In this document: in pieces, positions 13,579 to 25,750 of the stretch
Position numbering within the stretch: position 1 is the stretch's first letter
Layout of the letters: each line of letters opens with the position of its first letter
NCBI GenBank assembly: GCA_017654855.1
Contig: CM030332.1
Coordinates: 2,728,001 to 2,792,000 of the forward strand
DNA from: Podospora anserina
Lineage: Eukaryota
Direction: 5' to 3'
DNA: 64,000 bases
The notes under the pieces: model-generated
Databases searched by the model: none
Seen by the model: the letters and a program-made list of their open reading frames with translations, nothing else
What the model was told of the DNA's origin: nothing
Made by a program: the position numbers and the translations under genes

Positions 13579-16083
13579 TTACCAATTGGGGTTCATGCCC
13601 CTGGGCCACCATTCCCGATTCTTATCATCCTCCGCATATTGGTCATGGCAACCGGTCTCTCTTTGAGTTTCCTGGGCTTCCACAATATCATCATCAAGCA
13701 CATGGGTGCCAACATGCTTCTCCCTGAGCAGCTTCTCCGTCTTTTCAACAACTGTTTCCAACTCTTCGATGCCCTCGGCTTGCAGAAAATGCTCCTCTAT
13801 TCCCTTCAACTTCTGCAGCCGAGCCAACCTCTGTCGCCAGAGACTAAACGCAAGGCGACATTCACGCTCAGCCTCTGGGCCCTGGATCTCCCCGACCAAC
13901 CTGCAGAAGTGCAGCAGTAATCTCGTCCTCCCCCATCTGCCCGCCTTCAAGTCTTCCACCGCAACGTCGTAGAGAGCCTTCAAGGCACTTGCAGGGAGTG
14001 TCTTCTTCCCTCGCCGCTTCAAGAAGAGGATGCAAAGATACACATGTCGATATTTCTGACTGTAACTGAGATCGGGTCGCTCGGCGAACCAGGTTGCCGC
14101 ATTCGTTATGATCCTGTATTGTGCCATCTTGTAGAGCCTAGGACTGTAGCAACTGCGGTCTTTGGCGTAGCCGCCACTGAATCCAAGCATGCCTCCAACC
14201 CAGTTGTAAAGACCCAGGCATCGCCAGATCGTATCTGGTGGCAACTTTTCATCCTTGATGATCTTCTCTGCAACATGCTCAATGCTGCAGGGATTGAACT
14301 CGTATGCATCGGGATGCCGCAGCTCAAAGTTGAAGAGCTCGGCGATGTCGATTCTGACCTCGTGGCGCATGCCAGACGATTCTGCAAGGATTTCGAGGAA
14401 ATTCTTTCCGACCATACCCCCATTTCTGGGGCATATATAAGCCTCCAGCGAGACGAGCACGTCGCCCACGCGGCCAAGTGCATCTAACAGCCTCCAGACA
14501 GTCCTTCCGTAAGCGTGGAAAAGGGCTAATGGGGTTATCCCCCATTCTTCACGTTCCCACTTTGGTACTGCGTTGATAGCGTATGTCTGCACAGCCAAGT
14601 CCGGCGACGTATATAGAATGTTGTGGTGGTAAACAGCCTTCAAAAAAGACGTAAGTGCTGCTGCGTCATCTTGAATCTGGCGCCGTTCCCTATAATAGTA
14701 GTTATATATACCAACGAGCTGGTCCGATCTAACCATCTGCCGACTATTCCATTGTGCGAGCAATAGCCATCCGAGTTCAGCTCCACTCAATGGTGGGAGG
14801 CTCGGTTCTTCCTTGGTGAAAAGGCGGGCAGTCTGTACAAAGTTGGGCTCTCCAATTGTGCGTGCATGGGCAAGCGTAGTAAGCCAAGCATATCTCAGCC
14901 CACACTTCTCTGCAAGACTGGATGACCGGACCAGAACCCTTTTGACCGTGTCATTGATTTTGCTGAGAAGATGGTGTCGGTCGTACCGGCCTGTATCGTT
15001 CAACCCGCCTATATGGTTCAACAAAACATCCAGTGCCGCACCAAGCGCGCGGGCCTGACGCATTTGAGATGTCTTGGGCGAAAGCCAGTCCAAAGCATCG
15101 TCCTGGGCAGCTTCGGTTCTCGATGACGTGCACGCCCAGAGGACAAAATGCTTATTTAGCAGCCGCAAGAGCTGCCTCTCAAAACGGCTTTCCTGGACCC
15201 CTACTGTGAGGCTGATATGTGGCAAATCACACAGCAAGGAGACGAAAGGGGCAAGGAGATTGCAAGTCTCATCACATGCAGGTAGCATCGCCAATCGTTC
15301 ACCCAGGGCATCCCAGAACCGTGCGCCGAGAGAAGATAAAGGATAGACCCGCGAGTTGGACAAGGCGCGGATGATGGTGGTGGTGATCAACAGGAGTTGG
15401 CTATTATACGCTTCATCCGCTTTCTCATCCAATTCCGTGGTTGCTTTAGTAGACGTGGCGCGCAGTCGTGAGTCCAAAGCTGTGTAGAGGTGGTCTGCCA
15501 CTCTTGCAAGACCCACGGGAGCCAGATCGCCTTGAAGAATATACCAGTAGAGCTTGTTGCTGATCTCCTCAGTGAGGGGCATAATCATGTGCTCGTCCAC
15601 CTCTGCCGCTGCGGTCCGAAACAGCTCGACATCTGCAAGAAACATGGAGACCTGATTGGAGCGACGAACTTTGGGCGGAGGTTGCTCAACTGACAGGGCC
15701 GACGCCGAGTCATCAACCACATGCTGAGTTGATGATGCTCCTAGCCCTAGCGAAGCTTTTATTGATCTTGCGAGGAACGATAGGCTGGTGCCAGGCTCAT
15801 GAGTAAGATCTGACGCAACGATATCTGCCAGGGACTTTGGAGGGTCCCATCTCCATTTCGAAAGATCGAGAGGCGCCATAAAGGCCCAGGGTGGTGGTGT
15901 AGGAGGACACTGTAGGGAGAATCCCATCCGTCGGCGTCCTAACCGCCACTGGCTCTCCAGTGGTCCCGGAATGTAGCTGGCCCCTCTTGTCAAGGGCTTT
16001 GACAGGAGACGGTAGGTCTCGAAGGAACTGGCGAGCATGCTATTGGCGATAACATTGTGTCGAATGCCGGGCCGTGAAATCAT
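13579..16083 (-). CDS. Uncharacterised 834-aa, probably alpha-helical protein; possibly mitochondrial
   Basis: Single 2.5-kb ORF with normal protein composition. N-terminus is Arg/Ser-rich and poor in acidic residues (MISRPGIRHNVIANSMLASS...PGPLESQWRLGRRRMG). No motif I can name. The start could instead be the ATG at 16038. Confidence 0.8.
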   Translation of the reverse strand: MISRPGIRHNVIANSMLASSFETYRLLSKPLTRGASYIPGPLESQWRLGRRRMGFSLQCPPTPPPWAFMAPLDLSKWRWDPPKSLADIVASDLTHEPGTSLSFLARSIKASLGLGASSTQHVVDDSASALSVEQPPPKVRRSNQVSMFLADVELFRTAAAEVDEHMIMPLTEEISNKLYWYILQGDLAPVGLARVADHLYTALDSRLRATSTKATTELDEKADEAYNSQLLLITTTIIRALSNSRVYPLSSLGARFWDALGERLAMLPACDETCNLLAPFVSLLCDLPHISLTVGVQESRFERQLLRLLNKHFVLWACTSSRTEAAQDDALDWLSPKTSQMRQARALGAALDVLLNHIGGLNDTGRYDRHHLLSKINDTVKRVLVRSSSLAEKCGLRYAWLTTLAHARTIGEPNFVQTARLFTKEEPSLPPLSGAELGWLLLAQWNSRQMVRSDQLVGIYNYYYRERRQIQDDAAALTSFLKAVYHHNILYTSPDLAVQTYAINAVPKWEREEWGITPLALFHAYGRTVWRLLDALGRVGDVLVSLEAYICPRNGGMVGKNFLEILAESSGMRHEVRIDIAELFNFELRHPDAYEFNPCSIEHVAEKIIKDEKLPPDTIWRCLGLYNWVGGMLGFSGGYAKDRSCYSPRLYKMAQYRIITNAATWFAERPDLSYSQKYRHVYLCILFLKRRGKKTLPASALKALYDVAVEDLKAGRWGRTRLLLHFCRLVGEIQGPEAERECRLAFSLWRQRLARLQKLKGIEEHFLQAEGIEELETVVEKTEKLLREKHVGTHVLDDDIVEAQETQRETGCHDQYAEDDKNREWWPRGMNPNW

Positions 16084-16600
16084 CGCCGGCGGGGCTGTGA
16101 GTCTTGCGAGCCGAGATCAGAAATACCGTGAAACGCATCGAAAGGAAAGGGGTGACGATCAGCCGAGAGACGGCATATTCCGTAGTGCTTCCTCTGGTGG
16201 TCGTGGTTATCGGGGGAGTCGATCGTTTCGTGGTGTTGTCGTCAGTCCGGAGGCTTTGCTTGTGGCTTGATAGCAGTAGGAGCATTGACAATTTCTTCGC
16301 AAAGTCAATTGCCAGGGACGGGAAGCGTGTGGCTAGTGCTTCTAGACCCATGCACGCCGCGGGGGTAAATCTAGGGGCCCCGGCTGTTGAGCTGTGGCGT
16401 CGATGGTGGGGGAATCAGCCGAAGGCGGGACGAGGCCCCGCCTCGAATTGTAAGTGCAATTGAGATTTGTTCGATGGCGGGGTACTTTTATACAAGTATT
16501 ACTTGATGCCGCGGGATTGAGACGAGGGAACACTGGTGCAACATCAGGACACTTGCCATTTCAGAAAAAGTTCCCCAGGAAAATCCGAAAAGTTGCAAAA

Positions 16601-17933
16601 ATGGCTGAACATTCATTCCCCCCTCTCAAGAATGACCTGCTTCTTAGAGCTGCACGGGGTTAGTATTCTCTTACTGTCTAGATGAGACAAGGGCTACACT
16701 GCTAACACATCACATCGCAGGCGAAACCGTTGAACGCCCGCCCATCTGGGTGATGCGGCAGGGTATGAAGCCCATCGTTGCCCTGATTTGCGCGCGCTGA
16801 CTCCTGGTGGTGCAGCTGGTCGTTATCTCCCAGAGTACCACGAGGCCAAGGGTGGTCGTGACTTTTTTGAGTGCTGCCGCAGTCCCGAGATTGCTTCGAC
16901 TTTGACCCTGCAGCCCATTGAACGCTTTGGCGGACTTATCGATGCCGCCATCATCTTTTCCGACATTCTGGTCATCCCCCAGGCGATGGGTATGACTGTT
17001 GAGATGGTCGATAAGAAGGGCCCTCATTTTCCCGATCCCCTGCAGACTCCCCAGGATAAGCAGTACATCGAGCTCATGGAGCGCCATGTCGATGTTGCCA
17101 AGGAGTTGGACTATGTCTACAAGGCGATCACTTTGACCAGGAAAAAGCTTGATGGGCGAGTGCCCCTTTTCGGCTTCACTGGAGCGCCATGGACACTGTT
17201 GTGCTACATGGTTGAGGGTGGCGGCACCAAGCTGTTCAAGCAGGTCAAGACGTGGATCTACAAGTACCCAGAGGAGACCAAGGCTCTTCTCCAAAAGATC
17301 TCAGAGCTCTGCGTGGAGTATCTCGCGCTGCAAGTCAAGGCTGGAGCTCAGGTATTGTCTTTGGCATACACTGGCCGGGAACACGATCGCTGACTGTCTC
17401 CCTTAGATTGTTCAAGTCTTTGATTCTTGGGCTGGTGAGCTTTCGCCATCATCCTTCAAGAAGTTCTCTCAGCCATACCTCGCTTATATCGCCAAGCACC
17501 TTCCTCTGCGCCTCAAGGAGCTCGGTCTCGAGCAGGTTCCCATGGTGGTGTTCCCCAAGGGTGCATGGTACGCCCTCGACGCATGCGCCGATATGGGATA
17601 CCAGGTGATTGGCATGGATTGGCTCCATGATCCTGCGGAGGCTGTCAAGATCATTGGAGACCGACCAGTGGTTCTTCAAGGCAATGCCGACCCCGGTGTA
17701 CTGTACGGCTCGCACGAGTCCATCACCGATGTTGTTACCGAAATGGTCAAGGGTTTCAGCTGGGCAGAGCGCAAGAAGGGCTGGATTGTTAACCTCGGTC
17801 ACGGTATGTCTCAATTTTTGAATAGATTACTCTCATCGCCGCTAACAGGTTCCCAGGCATCACCCCATTTGTCAACCCAGATGACCTCAAGTTCTTCTTC
17901 CAGGAGATCCACCGCCTCACCAAGACCGATTGA
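16601..17933 (+). CDS. hem12: Uroporphyrinogen decarboxylase
   Basis: Spliced [16 protein letters not shown] signature, [44 protein letters not shown]. Exons approx. 16601-16658, 16721-16762, 16816-17351, 17407-17803 and 17858-17933. Confidence 0.97.
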
Positions 17934-17994
17934 CTGGATCTGCCGGAATCTGTACGAATTGCCATAGACTTGTTTATTTTGCCGTAGCAAAAGT

Positions 17995-19203
17995 TTAGAG
18001 CTTGATGTTTTGCATGCTTTCAAGATCGAGTATTCCCCTGCAGAGTTGTAATGTCAGGCCGAGCTTCATGATTTGGTCTTTGGGAAGGGCATATACCATG
18101 ATACAATCCACGATGGTTTACCACCAATAGCACGGCATAGGCCTTGACTCTTTGTGTTTTCAACCCAAACATCCGCAGCCCCCAGGCCGTCGTCACCATA
18201 TTCGTGGAGACGCTCGCGCATGAGTTTGATGGCTATTGCCTTTCCGAAGCCGAGACGGCGATATGGTTCCTATATTTGCCTGTCAGTGTCCATTTTACCA
18301 GTTGGAGTGAAGCGGGCAGGAACCTACCTCCACATGCAGCGACATCAACGTCCCATCCAGCCCTTTTGCCCGTCAGTCAACAACCCATCACGGCCAGCTC
18401 ATCAGTTCAACACAACTTACCAAGAAACCCCCACCCAACAGCCTCCCCCGTTGCTCCCAACCTCACAGCAAGACTAGGAACCATCAACAACGTCGCCCTA
18501 CACATTCTCTCACATCAGCCATCTACCCCCATCCTCTTTCACAAAGCAGGGTTGCATACTCCTGCCTATCAATCGCAGTCCTACTCTTCACCAACCCAAC
18601 ATCCCCCTTCCTAACCTCATCCCAATAAAACTCCCTCCCCTCCACCTCCCACCTCTTGTCGCTCATCCCCCCTTCTAACTCGGGTAAATCCCCCACCCGA
18701 AAAACAAACTTGTAATCAAACTCCCACTCCTGCCCCCCAGCCAAAGCTGTCTTCTCTAGCCCCATCCCCAAGTTGATCATCCTTTTCCTCACCATCTCAT
18801 GGATACTACCAACTAGTATCTTTTTCTTTCTCCCACCCTCCCATAACCCCTCCGCAACCTGAAAGAACCTAAGCAACAACCCATCCCAACCCCCCCCCTC
18901 CTCACCCCCTGATTGGATTTCTAAACTGCAAAACAACCAAACCTGCGTCTCTGGCCCCTTGCTCAAGTCCACATACCCGGTCACGAACCTGTCAGGGTCA
19001 CGCGCCCCCGGATGGTGGTAAACATGCACCACCCGGCTATGCGATGTACAGCCTCCCCGATCGGCAAACTTTTCCGCAAATTGTATCCTTCTCAAGACTG
19101 GCAGTGAGAAAGGGAAGTATGGCTTGGAATATAACAACGACAAAAGAGAGGGAGGGACAGAGGTCGGGCGGTGGGTTTCTACAATGGGGGAGAGGGGGGG
19201 CAT
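17995..19203 (-). CDS. GNAT-family (FR47-like C-terminal domain) acetyltransferase
   Basis: ATG at 19203 (MPPLSPIVET...). After GT-AG introns it reads VKSRTAIDRQEATLLMVPSLAVR...GWGFLGLDGTLMSLHVEEPYRRLGFGKAIAIKLM...ADVWVENTKSQGLCRAIGG. LHVEEPYRRLGFGK is the acetyl-CoA-binding motif A. The final exon (WGILDLESMQNIKL, stop 17995-17997) is inferred from a GTATAT..CTGAC..CAG intron. Confidence 0.85.
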
Positions 19204-19786
19204 GTTGGTGTTGATTAGAAAAGGGAGGTATAGCTGTATAATGTGTCGTTGTGAAGAGGTCGTCGTCTGTTGTTGCTGTTTGTGGGTTGTATTGAAAGGA
19301 TGAACAGCTCGGAGATGGCGGGGAAACAATGGTAGCTATTCCCGAGCGCGATCACATCACCATCAGCCAGATGCGACTATCACCTGGGGAACCAACTATA
19401 AAAAAAAATACACCTAACAAAGTGAAAACTGGACAGGGCTCTACTTTCCAAGAGACCAAAACAAGAGTCCCACTGTGGCAAGGTATCATGGATAATCATA
19501 TACATCACCCTTCATACCCAAGTTAGGACATTGCATCATTATATTATAACCATGTCTAGATATCTCATCCAGCATTCAATTCCCTGAACGCTGCCCCCTA
19601 TTCTCCTCACCATTCACCATTTTTCCAAGCCAAAGAAAAAAAAAACCCTGCCGAATAACATCATCACCCCTTTTCAACGCCACCTAAAAGATGAATAAAA
19701 AACCCGGGTATTTAACATCATCACAAACGAACATAAACCCCACGTTTATAACCGCAACAGAACCCCTTCGCACGCAAAAAAACAGC

Positions 19787-20317
19787 CTACTGCTTCTTGC
19801 CAAACAACTTGTCCGTCCAGCTCTTCTTCTCCTCCTCGGTTTTGGGCGAAGGCGTCTTCTTCAAATCCGAGGTATCAACCGCCTCCTCCGACGAGGGGCG
19901 CCCAGCCTTGTCCGCATTGACGACGTTTCCGGCGCCGCCGCGGCCTGTGTTGATGGCGCCATGGCTAGGGCGACGAGCGACACTGTAAACCGAACGGGGT
20001 GGTTAGCTTCGGCTTTGCTGGAGAGAGAGAGAGTAACCGATCGCGCAATGCAACAAGCAGCAAAAAAAAAGTGCGGGGTTGCTGGCCAGGTGTCGCGGTA
20101 GCGAGAATGAGACTTACGGTTGAACGTCCTGACGCCGGCGCTTCTCCTCCTCGTCGAGGTTCGCAGCCATGTTGCCGGACCCGCCGCGGCCGGTGGTCAC
20201 AACGTTGGACCCCTTGAGGGTGGGAGTCTCGAGGTCCTCGGGCTGGACCGTAGGGGTCTTGGACTGGTCGCGCATGTTGCCGGCGCCGCCGCGGCCAGAG
20301 GAAGCAAGTCCGGACAT
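19787..20317 (-). CDS. Small DUF3602 / Par32-like protein with GRGGxGN repeats
   Basis: Three motifs SGRGGAGNM, TGRGGSGNM and TGRGGAGNV across two exons (one intron approx. 19984-20117); ends ...KSWTDKLFGKKQ, stop TAG at 19787-19789. Confidence 0.88.
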
Positions 20318-23300
20318 TTTGGCTGAGTGGGTGGTTTCTTGGGGATAAGGGCTTTGGGTGATGTGCGTGTGGTGTACTGGGAGAGACCTTCCAGGCGTGG
20401 GCCGTGTGCGTGTGAAGAATGCGATATGAGGACAAAGAATGGTCTTCTCCAAAACAGGTACGTATGAAGCGGAACAGGAAGCTGGCTATTTGTACCGCAG
20501 CCAGAAAGAAGTGCGCAACTCGGTTTTTTTTCCTTTTTCTTGAAGATTCCTCGTAGACGTTGGGCGTTGCTGAGGAGGAAGTAGGGCACCTTAATAGTTG
20601 GGCAACCGGTAAGAGGCTGCGCTTGCTAAACGGGATCAAATGATACGTTTTGGTGCTTCTTGGAACTCCGCACTTCCAAGCCACGTCTTCTAAGACCAGG
20701 CACCGCAAGAAGGGGAAAAAAAAGCGTGATCACAAGGGGGGTCAAAGGATTTTTTCACCACCTTCCTCTTAGCATCCCGTCTCATCGCCCAACTAGCATC
20801 GCTCAAGAACTGCTAGTGCCTCCAAAGCACCCGTCTTGGCCAGGGCTCTGACATCACCTGGGCATCCAAAGGAGGCCCCCCGGATGCTGGATTCAGACGC
20901 TGCCCCTCCCTGCCCCTCATCCAGGGCTCTCGTTTGGTGCGCCTGGGTTGTGCGAACTGGGCTGGACGGCTGGAGGACGGGCGCGCCCGGTGCTTGCTTG
21001 GCTTAAAAGCCTGGTGCCACCACCCCGGATTCGGTGGTGAGAAGAGCCGGTGATTCATCTCGTTGGCCGCCAGGTCCTGTAGAGCATAAGCTGCGTGATG
21101 GTGTCATTCTTCTTGGCATCTTCTTGTCACACTGGGCGTCCCTATCCAGGATGTTCAATGTCTCGAACCTCGGGCACTCCGTTCTGGTCAGAGTGAGGGG
21201 TCATTTCAGGCTGCGTAGAAGCGGTGAAGACCTGGAAGCGTGAGGCACTGGAGAGATATAATAGGTAAAGCTTCAATTAAATTGAAAGTGACGCAAAATC
21301 GCAAACAATATGCGTGCTCTATGAATTTGGCTTTGCTTCACTGCTTTTTCGGATCTTGTTCTGTTGCATCCAGAGAAAAATGATGGCAGTTGTCGATCGC
21401 GGGGAAGCTCCCCACTTTATTCTTCGCTCATCAGCCAGGGGTCCAAGAGATAAGATAACGACTTCCAACGACGTCGATGGTCCAGAGATTGCCTATCTTT
21501 TGATCCAATCTTCTCCTTGCTATTTATCTTTGGTGCTCTTCAAGCAGCAGGTCCAACTTATTACTTTATACAGCGCTTGAATCTTGGATATACACGGTAA
21601 CATCCAAGAGTCAGATGGAAGTCGTATCCGCAGCCTGGTCCTCCATTACAACCTACCATTTCTCACTGGCTAACCTACCACTCGACAACCGCGCACAGTA
21701 CACCGTCGCAAATGGGCTCACGGTCCTACTAATAAATAAATGAGCATGCAACGTTTTATTTTAGACCCAACAAAGGCAACGCTGTTATAATCCCAGTCCC
21801 ATGGCTATCTCAGCTTGGTCGCAAAGAACTGGTGTTCGTCCGCTTCCACTGCGGGGTGTCCCAGACCTCCTTCCCCTTTCGCCCTGTCTCTGATCTCCAC
21901 CGTCTGTTGATGCTGGCACCTGCTCGAGTTCAGATGATCTTGGCTTGGGGCTCACAAGGAAATCCATCTCCGAGGAGACAAAAAAGAAGACAACGGGATC
22001 CTCAACCTCTAAAATCTTTACAGTTGTCGATCGTGCGTCATGGTCAATCACGCAGCATGTTTCCAACCCTAACCCTCCTTTTACTCTGCTCCCTTCTCAC
22101 CACGATGCAGGGGGCACATTCATCACGATCATCATCACCCTTACGTCCCTACGCTAATCTACAGCCACGTGTGCAAAACGTGAACCTCCAAGACACACAT
22201 TTTCCCGGCCACGCGCGATCACACTGTTGCTGGGCAGTTTGCCGTTCCCTTCCAACGACGTCTCATCGCGGGCGGTAAACTGCAACAACACGGACCTTTT
22301 GTCTTGTCTTGCGAGTCCGAGTGCTGTTGCTGTCTTCCAGAACAACCTTGGTCACAGAGAGGGAGAGAGAGACCGGAGAATTAAGTGTCTCGCTCTTCGT
22401 TACACTGCATGCTGGCCACGCGATATACAAGTCGGCGTGAGGGAGAGTTGAGATTGTGGTGGGGAGGAAGTTGGAGTAATTCACACCCCCCTTTTCCTGT
22501 CGGGGTTAACGTTGCTGTCACAAGTGACAGGAACTGTATATTGCTTTTAGATTACTTTTCCCTGTGGTAGACAGGTGCTACACTGGGTAGGTAGCCAGCG
22601 GAAGAAAAGAAAAGCAATTACTGACCACCAACCCATATGGTGAGAAATCCGGGTTTCTTTTCAAAGGTGGGTGTGTGTGTGTCTCCTGACGTTCCGTCCC
22701 GAGACCCGAATTGCTGCTGGCCATCAATAATATAACAGGAAGTGGTCACGAGACCGCTCGAAGGGGTGGATGGATGGATGGACGTCACCTTCAAACGATA
22801 TCATTGAAAACCGAGACGGGATGTTCCGTTCTTCTAGGTAAATCTGCCCGTATTCCCATGCAAGGTCAGAATAGTCTCTGCCTTTGACAAGACAAGGGGG
22901 CTGGCCATTCTGCTGTATCAGCGTCCTGTATTAAATGTATCAGAAACGCCAAAAACTCCTGCTGGTTCAGGCTTCTCAGTTCAGCCTTTTCTAGTGGTAT
23001 GTGACGCTGTGGCTTTTTTGTCCACCTTACTTTCAAGGCTTGCTTTTTGGATTGATGTGAGTGGTCGGTCAACAATAACATACCTAAGTTAGTTTCGGGA
23101 CCGGCTGGGTTGCCGATAGGTAGGTGTAATGCAATATATGTTACTGTAAGAAAAGTAGGGGCCGAAGGTAGGTGGTGCGATGAGGCTGACGTTGGTGTTT
23201 GGTTTGGTTATTATATTGTTGTGTGATAGGTGCGGATGTGATGTAAATGCCAGAAAATCATAAAACATGTCAACTATGAACACGGGGGTGTTAAATGATG

Positions 23301-23978
23301 TGAGTGTTCTGTCCTGGTCTAAACAAACTTTTTTTCATTCATGGTGGCATACATAAAAGCCAATATTCATCAGAGAATAAACCCAAGAGACAATATACAG
23401 CGACAGCAGGATCTCCCACCCTCACGTACCATCCGAGCCATCCATCTACCAGTCTACCTTACGTCCCCTCTTATCCACCAGCCCCCCTCTACTATTATCC
23501 AAAAAAGTGAGAGAATAACAACGTAATAAAACAGCATAGTTAGGGTAGTCGCAACATGCAGCGAGAAAAGGGGGATAGCGAAAAAAACAAGAAAAATGAG
23601 CCCCATCCAGTCGAGACAAATAGAACACAACACCACAAGCACCCACCCACCCACCCCCTCTCTCTACTCCTCTGATGACAACAAGAGAAAAACAGATATC
23701 CATTTGGTATCACCTCTGAGCCTGCAATCATAATACTTTTTCGCACAAAAACAAAACAGAAGAACGCTATCGCACAAAAAGAAGAGAATAAAAGCACAGA
23801 AACATGAAACCGTAAAAGTAGAACGTAAGATCGCCACCAACCGACTCAACAACACCTAACCCCATGATGTCCCCTTCTTTCCGGACGACTCTTTACTCCT
23901 CACTCGCCCTCTCCTCTATACACACACAGAAACTCCAACCTCAGCTAGACTTCCTGCGAAAGACAAGCCCCGGGACAC

Positions 23979-25750
23979 CTAGTTACCATAATCATCATCA
24001 TCATCCGCATTGCCCTTCTTCTCGTGCCCATCCTTGCGAATAGGGATCTTGATGCCCTGGGTAGCGAAACACTTGCTGAGCGGCGTGCTCTCGCAGACAC
24101 CGGGAAATTTCTTGGCGGAATAGACCTGGAAAACCTCCGAAAAGACCGCGGCCAGCACGGGGGCACTTCCTTGGTTGACGACGCCGTTGGCGCCAGATCC
24201 GGGGTTCGACATGGGAATTCCGACGTTGACAAAGGAGAACCGAAGACTATGGTCGAGAGGTGTTAGTATGATAAGGCTTCCGAGATTAACGGAATAGTCC
24301 AACCCACCGGAAGCAACCCTCTGTCCTCACACTCAAGTCCTGAAGCACAAACCAGATGCCAATCTTGTCATCTGGGTCGTTGAGACGGAAGGCACTGGCG
24401 GCCAGGCTCCCAATAAGATTTCTTGTAAACATGCCTGATGGCGCGGTTCCGCCGATAGACATGCGCTGCCCTCCGATGCTATAGGACGGTTCGAAGACGC
24501 GCGGGGGCCCAAATCCATACGACATGCCCACTTCCTGGGGGTAGTCTCTGAAATAGGGGGCCTGTCCATAACCGCTGTTGGGAGCGCCAACAAAGCCGGC
24601 TGTGGTCTCGGGTCAGCAGAAAGAACACTTTAAAATGCATCAACAAGTCTTGCGGATGATTGCGCACCTCCATATGCTGGTTGCATCCCATAAGGACCGA
24701 CGGCTTGTCCGGGGGGTGGGTACACCTGCCCGTATCCCACATCCCTCGGCGGGATGTTGGAGGGCAGAATGTTTGAGTATGCCGGTGTTGATTCCATCTG
24801 AGCATAGGAAGCTGGCGAAGTCGAAGAGATGGAAGGTGAAGCTGTCGTGTGCCGAACAAGATTGACCTCCTTGAGCGCATGTTCGTCCCACAAGTCCACA
24901 TTCAGGACATACATGCCATACTCGATCTCGCTATCATCCACACATAAGCACTTCAAAAGTCTGACAAGGTTCTGGGCAAGACGACGGTAACTCACTTGCA
25001 ATCAATTTCTTTGCCCGTGTTCTCGTCCGTCACAATCAGTCGTACACAGGGTGGAGGGGTGATGGGACGGCGGTCCTGTTCAGATTCAATGAGCCGTCAT
25101 GCCAATCGCGAAGGGGGGATGTAGTCCAACAACACAAGCATACCTTGTCTCCAAAACCACACATTCGTGCACGTTGTGGCTGTTGCACAACATCGAGGCT
25201 GTCGCAGGTCGGATTAGTATTCTCCTACCCACCAGACCGGAAGACAGTTCACCCCAACACAGCATGAAGCAAAAAAGGACCCGGCAAATGAGATGACGAC
25301 TTACGTGTATTTCCTGCCCTGGGCGTCTCGGGAAGAGAAGGGAATCAGGTTCTTCCTGATCTCCTCCAGCTGCTCGGCCGTCAGTGGCGGACGTTCCTGA
25401 CCCCCCGAGCCTGACTGAGGACTGGCTTCACTCGCCGGGCCGGGCGGCGGAGCTCCTTGCGCCTGGGCTGCCTGTGCCTGAACTAGACCGTCCTGGAAGG
25501 ATGGAGGGGGCATAGATGGGAGCGGCTGAATCTGATGAGGCGGGTAGGATGACACAGGGTGCGGAGGTGGGTGCATCTCGGTGGAGTAAGGGCTTTGGTG
25601 CTGCGGGTGGTGCTGGTGCTGGTGCTGGTGAGAAAGTGGGTGTGGTTGCTGGTGTTGATGGGGATGTTGTTGCTGATGCGGGTGCGGATGCTGATGCGGG
25701 TGTTGAGATGGATGCTGATGCATGTTGGGAGGGTAGGGTGGTTGATTCAT
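23979..25750 (-). CDS. velB: Velvet-complex subunit VelB (split velvet domain)
   Basis: Five introns join YTLDVVQQPQRARMCGFGDK / DRRPITPPPCVRLIV / MYVLNVDLW...NLVRH, a Ser/Tyr/Pro-rich insert, FTRNLIGSLAASAFRL...GIWFVLQDLSVRTEGCFR / LRFSFVNVG, and VFQVYSAKKFPGVCESTPLSKCFATQGIKIPIRKD. A velvet domain interrupted by an insert and ending close to the C-terminus is VelB-type. Confidence 0.93.

Noticed and set aside
17931..17990. hem12 TGA-CTG as a readthrough signal
   Set aside because: Not the optimal TGA-CTA context, and the short extension (LDLPESVRIAIDLFILP) ends without a PTS1.
21240..21650. Possible minus-strand pseudogene (MEDQAADTTSI*LLDV...LDLLLEEHQR*...)
   Set aside because: Stop density is about what random sequence gives and I recognise no family.
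22227..22451. Short Cys-containing ORF resembling a secreted peptide
   Set aside because: No ATG start or clean signal peptide; no recognisable family.
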